From contig NW_026262582.1 in the NCBI RefSeq assembly GCF_021869535.1, positions 34,782,001 to 34,846,000 on the forward strand: a DNA stretch of 64,000 bases. Reading direction: 5' to 3'. This stretch comes from Mytilus californianus (Eukaryota). Both the position numbers and the translations under genes were made by a program. Below the pieces are notes generated by a model. The model was not told the origin of the DNA. It worked only from the letters and a program-made list of their open reading frames with translations, and did not search any database. Positions 1-12,921 of this stretch are shown in pieces (positions within the stretch are counted from its first letter, which is position 1; each line of letters starts with the position of its first letter).

Positions 1-300
1 CAGAAGATGTGGTATGATTGCCAATGGGACAACTCTCCACCAGAGACCAAAATAACTTAGAAATTAACAAATATAGATCATCGTACGGCCTTCAACAATG
101 AGCGAGCCCCATACCGCATAGTCAGCTTTAAACGGCCCCGAAATAACAAATGTAAAACAATTTAATCACGAAAACTAACGGCCTGATTTATGAACAAAAC
201 AATGAACGAAAAACAAATATGATATATAGCAACAAACGACAACCACATAATTAATTACAGGCTCCTAATTTGGGACAAGCACATATAGATGTAGCGGGGT
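1..300 (+). repeat. High-copy dispersed repeat (AGATGTGGTATGATTGCCAATGAGACAACTCTCC family; strand is arbitrary)
   Basis: Other copies: 2548-2745 and 22372-22450 same sense; 2774-2812, 4871-5178, 6336-6420, 15385-15553, 17586-17707, 24605-24735, 61455-61660 inverted. Confidence 0.75.
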
Positions 301-790
301 AAGACTAGTTTGCTGGTGCGATGTCTACATGTTACTGTTACGACCAGTATACACCATAAAAGATGCAGAAGTTCCAAGAAGACATTCAAAACTCGAAGTC
401 GAAGAGAAACTGACAACGCTATGGCAAAATAAATAAAAGATGACGAAATTTAAAGACAAACAAGCCCACAAAACAATTTTTAGTCAAAATAATGTGTAAA
501 AAGTATATATACTCTAAATGCTGTGGCTTATAATCATGCTATTGAAGCTTAATCAAACTTGAATATTATGCAGTAATTTATTTGTGATATAGAGTTGCAT
601 TGCAGCATTTTCGTAACTTGACTCATCATCAGGCTGTCTCAATTTTTAATAAAAACCTTAAGTTTAATTTTTTTTGTCAGTTGTAATATATGACTGCTGA
701 GGCTTTTCAGAACTAGCTATTCCATTCGGCACACTTCGGAAGATCTAACGTACTAAGATGGCGGAATCTGCCGACTGCTAACTGGCCATA

Positions 791-1473
791 TCTTCTATAC
801 TATTAAATGAGAAGACCTCATTTTGTGTGTCGCGTCTCTTCCTTCCACATTAAATCAATCATCATGTTTTTATGTCCTATAGGTACCATGCATAGTCGCA
901 TTTGTCATCCTCGCTTACAAACATTTGGTTTTTTTTTTGGGAAAAAAAAACGAAAATAAAGACGTCCGGATATTGTTTCCGTCCTTGGACTGACTTTCAA
1001 GTCATAGATAAGACTTCAGTTTATATAGGACTTAAACTTACACATTATTTTCATAGGTACAAGGGGACAGGACAATTATTTTCGCGTTTTTCTGTATACT
1101 ATGAACAAACATACATGTATACTATATAAATACAGTGTATTTGCTATTTGCTATCAATTCCAAGTTTAATTCCATGGATTGATAATAAATACCAAATAAT
1201 CTGTATTTATATAGTATATGTTATTATGTATGTTCATAGTGTACAGAAAAAAACGCTATTATAATTGAAATTAACAGAAAACAACAAAAAATAACGGACT
1301 TTGGGAAAAGGGGGAGGGCTAAAAAAAATTGTACTGTCCCCAAGTACATTTGACTTTTGATAACTTTCCTGAAATACTTCAGTCATAAAATCTTTTACAA
1401 AAATTCATCCTACAACAGTTTACATACCATCAACAACGCTCTAAATGCCCGCGATTTCGCGGGTGTGTTCTAG
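791..1473 (+). mobile_element. Non-autonomous Helitron-like element
   Basis: Starts A|TC; ends with hairpin CCCGCGA-tt-TCGCGGG (1448-1463) then CTAG|T; no TSD. Confidence 0.6.
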
Positions 1474-1536
1474 TAGTAATTATCTTCAAATCTTTTGTGA
1501 CGCATGCCGGGGTTTATCTTTGTTATAATTTAAAGG

Positions 1537-1608
1537 TATCGGACAAATATAGTGTCGGACCAATGGGATATCGGACAAATATAGTGTCGGACCAATGGGA
1601 TATCGGAC
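1537..1608. repeat. 32-bp tandem repeat (2.2 copies) built of TCGGAC 16-mers
   Basis: TATCGGAC at 1537, 1569, 1601. Confidence 0.85.
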
Positions 1609-2904
1609 TTATCGGGAGTCGCAATGTCGTTGAAATCGCATCCCGTGCCTTCCCATCGTACCTTTATCAAATATAAAAATTTTCTCCTGAACAAATTCGT
1701 TTTATTGATTTAATGGTCTTCTTTTAACACTGGCTAATGGGTGACAATTAAAATTTAAACAAGCTATGATTAATTTTGCATTTTGTGGGTTTAACCTTAA
1801 CTTATTGGGAAATTATTACATTAAATGTAAATAAACATTTAATTAGAATGCCACAATGCAATGAGAAAACCCATTTAGATTTTGTGATATGCAACAAATA
1901 TTTCAATACACAAATTCCGTAATAACTTTCTCATTCTGATGTTTTTAAAAAGAGCAGTTCACAACGTTGAACTTCATAATTGAATAAAAATAACATTTTG
2001 ATATCTTGGTACAAGGTACACGTTACCTCCAGTGTCATATTCGTTTTTACAATATTTTATAAAGCTTGGGACTGATCAGAGTTACGTAAGAAAACAAAGA
2101 ATGATGATGCCATTTACTTCTTTTAATTACATTTACGTGTAAATAAAGAAAATGTCAATTAATCTGGTGATTATTAGATAATTAAATAAAGCTCCACGTC
2201 CTTTGAAAGATGTTGAATTGTCTTTAAACCAAAACGTGTTTTAATGGTTAAAAAGGACACTGGGTGCAAGTATAATGTATGCAATGAGGTTTAAAGATGA
2301 TACATGAAATTTTCGTTAACAATGTTTGATTTTCAAGTAGACCTATGTAACACCTTTAAAAGGTTTTCATCTATGTAAAAAAAGAATATTTTATTCAAAG
2401 TAGTTTTCTGGTGTATTTCTTAAGCTGACTAAGTACATTACAAAATAAATATATATGAAGAAGACATGGCAGCATCGTTTAGGAAAATATGAGGATTGAT
2501 TGATATTCTAGAGTTCCAATGGTGTGGATGTAAGCAATTATATGACACCGTACGGCCTTCAACCACGAGAAATAAACCCATTCCGTATGGTCCGCTATAA
2601 ACGGCCCCGGCATGAAAAAATGTGAAACAATTCAGACGAGAAAACTAACGGCCTGATTTTATATAACAATTCAATTTACAAAAAACAATAATGACAGATA
2701 TGAACCATGCAACGACAACTACTAAATAACAGACTTCTGACTTGAGAGAGTTGTTAACTGTTACGTAAGTGGTGGAGAGTTGTCTCATTGACAATCATAC
2801 CACATCTTCTTATTTTGACCCACGGAATGTGGCGGCGGTTAAACATGTTTGCGAGCGCTCAACCCTTACCGTATCCTAGAACAGCGGTGTCACAGCACAG
2901 CATA

Positions 2905-5900
2905 CACTGTAGATAAAAGTGTTAAGAATCTGAACACTTTTTGAACGCCCTTTTGTAACACTTCTGGAACGCGTAACAGTGTTCTAAATATTGACATTGG
3001 TGTTCCAGTTTTTAACATCATGTGTGCATATTTCGAACGCTATGTGTGTTATTCTTGAACGGATAGTGTGTACTCCTTGAACGCCTAGTGTTTGAATCTG
3101 GAACGCGTAAGTGTTCTAAATATTAACATTGGTGTTCCAGTTTTTAACATCATGTGTGCATCTTTCGAACGCTATGTGTGTTATTCTTGAACGGAGTGTG
3201 TACTCCTTGAACGCCTAGTGTTTGAATCTGGAACATGTCCTTGTGAGCAAAATTGTACGCCGTTACGCGTTCCAAGCCTTGTAACACCTCTGGAACACTC
3301 GGACTGTGTTCCAGAAATATGTGTTAATATCCAGAACACAAAGTGTATACTACTGGAACACAATTTTACATGTTCCAGAAAAAAGTGTTCCATTCTCTTA
3401 AACATCATTGTGGTCTTGAAAAAACAACAATTTAATTGATTAAAAACATCTTTGATTGATTTAAAGAGGCAAAATTAAAAAAAGTACAAAAATGTGAAAT
3501 ATTGAAGCAACTTTAAAATGACAAGTTAGGCAAGTTAGAAATATAACTTTTGACAACGAAAAATTACACTATAATTTAATTGGCAAAATGTGTCCAAATA
3601 TTTAATCAGACAACATTTTCGTCACATTCAAAATTATTATGTTACAACAAAGTCTAGTGGCTTATGAACACAGTTTAACTCATCAAACAAGTCAAGCACT
3701 GTCCTGAATTTCTTTACATAAAACTGATGTCAATGGCTCGTTTATCACCAATATTTCCATAACCCACAGCCTGCATAGCACTCAGATAGTCAATATCAAA
3801 CATAAAATACCCTGTATATATGCTGCTAGTAGTTGAGTCGGTGTTCATGTAACACTGCTACCTTGGGTTTTTTTAAACATGATTTGAGTCGTCTACAACT
3901 GTTTTTGAGCTTCCATTTTTAAGAGGATTCGTCTCCTTGGGTTATAACTATTCTTTAACCTTTTTATCCATCAACCGTAAGTTCTGAAATGTCAAATATA
4001 AAGCGTATGAGTAAACAAATTATTGATCATGTCGATATTCCTTAAGAATTAGAAACTCTTATTTCGTTTTTGCAATTCCATTATATTTGTCAGCATTATT
4101 AGAATTTTTTTGCAATATTTGATAAGATGCATTTATTAAAGAGTGGTATACACGTATTTTCAAGTATAGGAGCTCTCGTGTTCTATAGCTTTTTGAAAAA
4201 AGATGATAGAAAGTGTACATCAAATGGTCATATGTGTTTTAGGCAAAACTTTGTCACTAAATTAACTGCTAACATTTCAAGAAACTAATGACTATTTGCC
4301 TGTTTTCAAAAAGATATGTAGGAATTTCACTTATGATCTGTTTACGGATAATTCCAATTTAAAATGATGTAATTATATTGGATTTAACTAAATTAGTTTT
4401 CTGATTCATGTACACAAGTGAATGGTGCACATTTTATTGATAAATCTGCATTAACAAAATTTCAAAAATTGTAAGAAGTCAATGGGCACTCCTACAATTC
4501 TTAAACTTACATAAAGAAAGCTATTAAAAACAGATACATTGTCATTAGAAATTTAAAATTAGTGTGTTGCAGTATGCCTTTTTACAAACCTCTGTCTTGA
4601 CATTGCAATGTCATGACGTTTTGTATATGTGAACAAATCCTTATGCATTGTTTTTATTTTATTAACAAATGTACATCCTCAAAAGTGTGGATAATCGCGT
4701 GATCTTCTTGTTGCTTTCTATACACAATGTTTGGAACACATGGCCTTCAGGGAAAACGATTAACTGGAACGCATCATGTTCGAGACCAGAACACATTTAC
4801 AATAGCAAAGATATCATTAGCATTTACATATAAATTTACATTGGTTAAAAATTAAAAAAAAAACATTAAAACGTTTAATCCCGCTGCAAATGTTTGCACC
4901 TGTCCTAAGTCAGGAATCTGATGTACAGTAGTTGTCGTCTGTTTATGTAGTTCATACGTGTTTCTCGTTTCTCGTTTTTATATAGATTAGACCTTGGTTC
5001 CCGTTTGAATGGTTTTACACTAGTAATTTTTTGGGGCCCTGTATAGCTTGCTGTTCGGTGTGAGCCAATGCTCCGTGAAGAAGGCCGTGCCTTGACCTAT
5101 AATGATTTACTTTTATAAATTGTTACTTGGATGGAGAGTTGTCTCATTGGCACTCATACCACATCTTCTTATATCTATGATCATTTAAATGTATTCTCTC
5201 AAAGAACCTCCTACTTTTTTTAATCGAATTATGGCAGAACAGCACAGTTATGTGTTCAAACAAAATGTTCTACTTCCATTTATACTTCAGTGTGTACTGT
5301 CAAAGTAGAAATTTGTTGATTAAATACTAAAAAAATAAATTTTAAGTTCATAATTTGTTATAAATATAGATAAACATACCTACTAAATCATGTTTTGTTG
5401 TTAATTTTCTTCAGTGAAGCTTCTTCAATCGTGATCAAAAACCAAACTTCCGGTACATTAATACGTCACGCGCTGTTATGTACGCGGACATGTTTGGAAC
5501 ACATGGCGTTCGGGGAAAATGGTAAATTTGAACGCATCGTGTTTGACACCAGAACGCTTTTACAATAGCAACGCTTTCATAAGCATTAACGTATTTACAT
5601 TGGTTAAAAAATATACCCAACGAACTTAAGTCGTTTAGAAAAAAGATGTATGTTAAAAATCAATCATTTGCACGCTTATAAATACGCTCTTGTAAGTTAA
5701 TTGTAACATGTTTTAATTTTTTTTATAAAACTGATAATTTGCTTATGTTGATACAGCTAAAATACATTTATCGTCAAATTATAATACGAATCACCCTTAT
5801 TCATCGTCTGTTTCACTCTGAAGCGATGAAATATTTTTTCACTCCCCATTACAATATTAGAACACTAAAGTGTTCAATTTAGAACACTGGTCTTGAACAT

Positions 5901-6041
5901 ATGCGTTAAAAGACTAAACACAATGTGTTATACTCTTTAACGCTGGCGTTCAATGTGGAACACTAATGTAAACAACCGAACATATTGTGTTTAAAATTGG
6001 AACGCGTCCGGACGCGTCAGGCGTCCGCAATATTTACAGTG
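2905..6041. mobile_element. Non-autonomous CACTG-ended (CMC/EnSpm-like) DNA transposon
   Basis: Ends CACTGTAGATA / TATTTACAGTG, TA on both flanks, dense subterminal GAACAC/GAACGC motifs, ~135-bp internal tandem duplication (2964-3231). Confidence 0.7.
4871..5178 (-). repeat. Long copy of the same dispersed repeat nested in the EnSpm-like element
   Basis: Its 3' part is near-identical to 15385-15553. Confidence 0.7.
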
Positions 6042-6537
6042 TAAGAACAAACTGCAAAATTAAGTTTCAAATAGCTTAACTCAATAGATCAGTACAAAGC
6101 ACAAAAAAAGAACTTGAGAACTAACATAAAAATATAAGACACAAAGCACAATAAAAATACTCAGAGTTACTGAAAGTTAGTTCAAAGTCAATTACAACTA
6201 ATAAAAAAATCATGTTCTTACAGACTGTTCTTTTTGCATTTATTTCAAATTTGTTAAAACAAATCAAAACACGATGTTTCAGCTCCATGGACTGATGGTA
6301 TTTAAACATTTGTTTGAAACAGTCTTGACAGTATTTTGACCTATAATTGTTTACTTTTTACACATTGTGACTTGGATTGATAGTTGTCTCATTGGCACTC
6401 ATACCACATCTTCTTATTTATTCTTAATGTCATTGAATTGTTAGCATGTTTGCTTAAAATCGAAACCAAATTGAGGACTATAGCAAGACTCTTACTCCTT
6501 TGAAGTTCATGCAATTCCCTTAGATTCGTTTTTTTTA

Positions 6538-6805
6538 CCTTGCTTTGCATCCTCTTAATGGATATATGAGATTCAAACATTTGGAAACTACCGTTATCTC
6601 GAATTATAAATTAAATCTAATGTGTAATGCTGTTTTAACTTCTATACAACTATATACTTTATATATATATATATACTTTTTTACCTTGATTCGCATCTTC
6701 TTAATAGATATATGAGATTCGAACATTTGGAAACCACTGTTGCCTCGAATTATAAATTAGATTTAATTTGTAAAGCTGTTTTAACTTCTGTACAACTATA
6801 TACTG
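6538..6805. repeat. Diverged tandem duplication (period ~146) split by (TA)n
   Basis: CCTTG...CAACTATATACT starting at 6538 and 6684. Confidence 0.8.
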
Positions 6806-7994
6806 GTGGCAAATCTTTTGCATTTCTTTAAAAGGCATTTATCTTTATTTTACTTTACCCGTGAACTGATAAAAACATTTTGAATACAGTGACTTTTAAA
6901 AACAGTATTTGGATGCCCGAAAGTGATTGAATAGATAACAGATTTTTTTTTAAAACAGAAACAATAGAAACCAAATCAGTTACAATTGGTAGTGTTTTTT
7001 ACTTCACCGTTCGGAATCTTACTACCGAACAGAAAATATCCAACACTTAGTTGCTATTTCCATAGAACATATTTTATTTGGAACAGACGAAATTAGTGTT
7101 GAACAAAACACATTCCTTTTCAGAAATATACATACATTTGTACATGTAGTTATATACGCCATACAAAACGATTTTTTGATTAATATTGTTGTATCTTAAA
7201 TGTACTCGTACCCAACTGTAACTGTTTAAACACAATATATTTACTGTATATATTTTTCATATTGTTCTGAATTATATAATTGCTGTCATCTTAAATTTTT
7301 TTATATTGTACTTATTTAGAGAGGATTATGTTAAGTTGTTATAACTTGTATCCAATCCTATTGTTTATTTAGACAATAAAATATGTGTAAACTAAACGAA
7401 CAGAAAATCTGAAACTTTCAAGTTTATTTTTTGTCAGTAAGGCTTTGTTCATAGCAAAACTTAATTTTTTTCACTAAAATATAAATCCTAAATTCATCAC
7501 CTTTTTATACTAAGGGGTATTATATTTTCTGGTCTGTTCGCCCGTTTCCGCTCATTCGTCTCGTATCAGGTTAAGGATGTTCGCTTCTCAAGCTTACAAG
7601 CTTTTTGAAAGACTAAAATAAATTGAAAGTATATGAGTAAAAGAACTAAAAAAGCAGAAAAAATGAAGGGTTAGCGGGCAAAATGTTTTAATGGCACTAC
7701 ACGGATAAAAACAAAGGATTACGAATATAAAAAAAAAATCAAAAGCAAGAAGAGCGAAAATCATGAAACCATTGATTAATGGTAGGTTAAAGTTTTTGTT
7801 AAGGGTAGTTGGTGGTAACAACAACTTGAAACTTCACTCATTTTAATTATGAAGCTTTTTGATAAAATACAGAAACAAGATTATTATTGCAATTGTTTTG
7901 AAACTTACTAAGTTGAAAGTTACACCAAATAAATACAGAAATGAAAATATGAAAATCATTTAACTGTTTGTTTGCATTTTAGCGTGACAACACT

Positions 7995-8350
7995 TATCTC
8001 AAGATGCTTCATTTAATGAATGGCTATTATTTATTTTGAATTTATTGAACCATAAAATTAATTTTTGACTCTTTACATTGAATAATCCGCGAAGCAGATT
8101 ATGTAAAATGTGAAAAGTCAAAAATTAATTTTATGGTTCAATAAATTCAAAATAAATTATTGCCATTCATTATAAATAAAGTTCTATCAAAAATTGCTAC
8201 TAATGTATCAAGTAAAAGAATTTTCGAATCAATAAAAAAGTAGTTCCGGTAAAAGTGGGCGTGTCGCCATAAAAATTGACAACATTGAAAATAAAAGTAA
8301 TACTTTTAACCAATCAGAAGACAGTAAATACGCCAAATTTATTTATTAAC
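7995..8350. mobile_element. Palindromic dispersed repeat, copy A
   Basis: Inverted arms spanning 8014-8172; homologous inverted copy at 37615-37980. Confidence 0.65.
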
Positions 8351-8750
8351 ATGTAAATATAAGGATTCATTTAAGATTTCTTTGCATGTGTGCAGCATTG
8401 ATGCAGAGTTGTAAGAATTAATAATAAAAAAAATAGCATACAAGGTAATTTAAACCGCTAATGAAATTAAATATAAGGATATATTTCTCTTTCGTTTTTC
8501 TCATTTATCAAATCGCACTTTATACTTGATATAATGTTAATTTATTGGTACCACATGACAGCACTTCAGTATAATATATTCATGGCGTATCTTAAACGTT
8601 ATTAAATTATTTCGTTTAATCTTTCTTTTCTGCATTGAAATTCGGAATTCAACTGTTAGTCTTTTTCAGAACATTCAACATCTTCTTGAAACTATTCATA
8701 TCACAATGTATAATACCATTATTATCTAAATCACCAGATAGAGTACTTTA

Positions 8751-8957
8751 GAGAGGGGCGGTAGGAAGGGGTGTCATTCCGAATTCCAAAAAAAACATAA
8801 ATCATTCTCTCCTGGATCCCGAAAAATTAATAATTAATTGCCGAGTCCCGAAGTCTCGATGAATGTAAATCAAGAATTCCCGCGAAAATAAATGCCCAAT
8901 CCTGAATTCCCTCAAAAATAAAGGCCCTATCCCGTAAAGGGTCCTTCCACCCCACTC
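8751..8957. mobile_element. Degenerate MITE
   Basis: Imperfect TIRs GAGAGGGGCGGTAGGAAGG / CCTTCCACCCCCACTC. Confidence 0.35.
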
Positions 8958-9035
8958 ATACCTACTGTACAGTAACAGTTACTGCTAACATTGTTTTATA
9001 CGGAATTGGTCAGTATTCTTGTTTATACTGCACTC

Positions 9036-9731
9036 GTTCTATTTGAGCAGTCAAAATGCGTTGACTGTATATTTCTATGTCATATACAGTCACTGACCCG
9101 ATATCACTTTTCCTCATGAATATTTAAATAGAAGTTGCCGAAACTATATTTAATTATTCATACGACCTCTTCAACCTGTTCTTGTTTCCAATGTATACAA
9201 TGAAGCGTGGAACGACCCAAACTTATTTCTTTTACAATTTTTGGAAAAACATATTTCACTTGTTAATATTTTTTGTTTGAAACCTATAAATCATTATGTT
9301 TTATGCTTATCGTTGATATTTTAGTCCATACTCAAACGAATTCAATTCGTTCACCATCGATGCTTATCGTTGATATTTTAGTCCATACTCAAACGAATTC
9401 AATTCGTTCACCATCGATTGCGGGTTTCAACAGGTAATGTACATTTCATTGCGTTGTCTATTTCTCCGCCTGATACCGGTATGAGGCCTTTTTAAAGGGA
9501 GATTTTCCCCAATATTTAAATCAAATAAATAACATTAAACAACAACTGAAAATGTTTTTTTTTATTCAAGATTGCAGTATAAAGACAATAATAGTGAATT
9601 GACTTGACATATCAACGTTATAAGGATTCGGCCCGAAACGGGGAAAAAGCTCGGCAGAGCCTCGCATTTCCCCTTTTCTAAGCCTCATCCTTATATCGTT
9701 GATATGTCAAGTCAATGCACTATTATTGTCT
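9036..9731. mobile_element. Dispersed element with terminal fold-back, copy A
   Basis: Near-identical to 58664-59291; ~45-bp inverted arms spanning 9583-9731; private 57-bp tandem duplication at 9303-9417. Confidence 0.7.
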
Positions 9732-10507
9732 ATGCATACTGATATAGCAGTGTTTTCGTCGTATGCAATAACTTTAAATTCGTGAGTAGCTTTTTGTTGT
9801 TTTTTCTATGTTATTTCACGGAGAGACAGCAAAAAGTGTGTGTGGGTAATTTTGGGATTTGTTTTGGGAGAATGGGAGTGGTAAGTAGTCTAAATGATAA
9901 TTTAGGTTTGTCATACGGCAGCCTGTCTCTTATAGATTGGAATCTTTGTCTTGAGTATTGCCAAAACATTTAAGTGCTAATCTGCCTAAGAATCAGGGAA
10001 TGGTGAAAACATGACAAACAAAAACCCACTCAAGTTGACATTAATTTATGTTCAAATTGTAAAATAGTACAGGAACTTTTCCTGTTCTGGTAATTAAAGA
10101 TATAATTTGGTTGAAATGCACTGGAAATTAACAATTAAGGAGAGCGAACTCCGTAATGTGCTATCATTCTAACCAAAAGATATCTAGAGATTTCCTAAAT
10201 TACCAGACACGCAAAAACAAAAGACTTACTATTTCGAACTCAGGATAAGGGTAACTTCAAAATAGGATGGTTAGGTCGGTGGGTTTTTTTTTTGGCCAAG
10301 TTTTGAAATTTTTCTAAATTGCCTGATTCTTACAAAGACTTGCACTTAATAAACAGGACAAACAAGAAAGCCTTCTGTCATATTTTGGGGATTGCTACAT
10401 GGTATTTTCTTTTATTGTTTTCATAAGTTACAAAGTAAATCTAAGTCCGTTCTTCAGCATGGGTCATATTGGTTAGTCGACCAACAAACTCGGTCAGCTA
10501 ATCGCAG

Positions 10508-10779
10508 TTTTTATACCCCCGCTTTACAAAAGTGGGGTTATACTGTTTTAACTCTGTCTGTCCATCCGTCAGTCCGTCCGTCCGTCCGTCCGTCCCGTGA
10601 ATATGTTTCGTCGCATCTTTCTCAGGAACTAGATCATAAGGATTTCTGAAATTTGGTTTCAGGGTTTGTATAAGTCAGCTATACTGTGTGATGCGTTTTC
10701 AGATTCATCACTTAACAACAAATGCATATTTGGGCTGGTGGTATCATCAGTGAGCAGTAGCTCGCAGTTTCACTTGTTT
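10508..10779 (+). mobile_element. HINE/Helentron-associated (DINE-1/Pearl-like) element
   Basis: T-run start, short inverted repeat (TACCCC...GGGGTTA), (TCCG)n microsatellite, 3' hairpin GTGAGC-agta-GCTCGC then TTGTTT. Confidence 0.6.
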
Positions 10780-11733
10780 CTAACAGTTTTAGGGGATAAC
10801 TGAAAAAAAAGTAGCAGGAGGAGGACAAATTCGTGTTACTGCAAAAGTCAACTTGGTCGTCGAACGTGCATATACAAAGATAGAAATCCATTTTGACATA
10901 GGATTACAATATTGTACTTAATACAACAAGCATGAAATTATATCGGCAATTATCAACGTGCTTTTCTGTCTTTCTTTCTTATTTTTTCCTTTTCTTGATT
11001 ACTAAGTACTCGATGATTCAAACAGTGAATGCAAATGCGATCATAAAAAAATCAATTTATAACACGTTTTAAGAAAAAAAATCTTTTTTAAAGATTAATG
11101 CACCATATCAATATTCCCCCTATATTCACGCAATTGCGATATTAGTACCTTCAATCTTAAACAATTTTAGTTTTTAGGTTTTTTATTAATTCACACTTAT
11201 TAGATTTTGATTTGATTAAGCATTGCTTACTACTATGCATATCATTGATTGTAAGCTGCACGATATAATTTTACTGTTTTATTGAATATAAAATAGCGTT
11301 TTACGTGGCCAATCATGAGAACGAATATTGGATCTTAACGCAACACCATGTGAATCGTTCCGCCTCTGAATTTGTTTAATCGGGCGTTTTACACGTTAGA
11401 ATTACATTCATTTTTCCTGTTTTAAACTGTTTAAAAAGTTGAAAAAAATTATTTAAAGTATTTTGAAACAAGGATCAACAAATATGATTCATGGACTATA
11501 CAATTTTACAGTGATATTTGTGTTTAAACAATTGAAATAATTCCTGTCTGATATGATGATATTGAAGAGTATTTTCGGCTTTATATTGGCATTACTTACA
11601 TTTGAACACGGTATGAAAATTTGTTCATTTATTTATCTTGAGTTCACTTAAAAACTTTTCAACACATTATGTAAATTTCTTTGTTAATTTTTATGTAACT
11701 GTTTTCCATAATATTTCTTTCTTTATTGACTTA

Positions 11734-11859
11734 ACATCTACAGCTCTGGACATTAGATCTACAGTGCAGGACTTTAAATCTATAGCACTAGCCGTTATAT
11801 CTCCAGAGGGTGACTTTAAATCTACATCGCTAGACTTTACATCTCCAGCGCTAGACTTT
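11734..11859. repeat. Degenerate 21-bp tandem repeat, 6 copies
   Basis: Units such as AAATCTACATCGCTAGACTTT. Confidence 0.7.
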
Positions 11860-12842
11860 AAAAATCACATCTCTATATCTGTATGAGACCAACATTGCAC
11901 CGACCGTAATAATACATTAATAATAAACATCTCTTGTGCGTTTCGTTTATTTTGAAGCGAACATACAATTTGACTTCTACAAAAGATTGTCAGTCGTGTC
12001 CTGTTTCCCGCCAGTTTTGTCAGTGTGACATACATTTTGTATGATATAAATTGCATTTTACTTCAGAACAATATACCATTAGTGCGACGTTCAGCCCAGA
12101 ATAACATGCACCTTATCGCTATTTAGTCCGATCCGGAAAAAAAACAGTCACTTAGACAACTTCCTGTTTGGGTCAAGTGTCGCAAAACAAAGGTCATCAG
12201 TAATGAGCTGAGGGATAGAAAAGTTTATAAAGCAAACATTTTGAAACTTCGATAGATTTTGATCCACTTTCTTAAAACACAAATTAAGATAATAAAAATG
12301 CTTTGTTTGAGGTGTTTATGTCTCTTTGAAAAGTTTTATGCATACTACATTGGTTAAACAGGGCCCCATATACCTTCAACTGGATTATAAAGTTCAATCT
12401 GTAATTTCAGAACTTATCCGGCTTGGAATGAATAACGATAAGGTGAATTGTTTACTGAAATTGTGCCCTGTATTTAATCTGTGATTTTACTGGTAAAGAT
12501 TAGTTACATGTACGCATATTTATTACAAAATGCATTTTCTTCATTTGTTCTTATTATATATATATAAATAAATAAATGTTTTTATGTTTTTAATTGTGCG
12601 TGTCTATTTTTGTTTAAATTGTTGATATCCTTCTTATTTTTGTAAACCGGTATCGTATTGCGCTTTTGATATATCTTTGTTTTAATATTCTAGTTTCTAA
12701 ATTATTGTCTTACTATTCTTTGTATTTAATTAATAGGTGGCATGTGTAAATTACACGTATTATATTAGGTCTACATTCTATTTTTAGACGCATAACACTG
12801 TCAACACATCAGCATGATCCACTCCCTCTTCTTTCGGAGGTC

Positions 12843-12921
12843 ATGCATTTCCTTCAAATTTTGTTGACTTACCTTGATGTGTACTTTCTTAAAGTATTTA
12901 TGAGTTTTATGACATTCGAAC
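12843..12921 (+). CDS. Candidate start exon of the lectin gene (MHFLQILLTYLDVYFLKVFMSFMTFE)
   Basis: ATG, hydrophobic 26 aa and a phase-1 GTAGGT donor, but it implies an intron of only 54 nt. Confidence 0.3.

Noticed and set aside
625-640. CTGATGA on the minus strand (also near 60003) as hammerhead cores
   Set aside because: No stem II, helix I or correctly placed GAAA/UH.
5435-5620. 61-aa minus-strand ORF as a THAP or transposase fragment
   Set aside because: No diagnostic motif; the paralogous copy at ~4725-4850 has stops in this frame.
12411-12442. Small exon-like segment upstream of the lectin gene
   Set aside because: The phase-1 frame contains stops; the ATG frame ends in phase 0 and does not fit.
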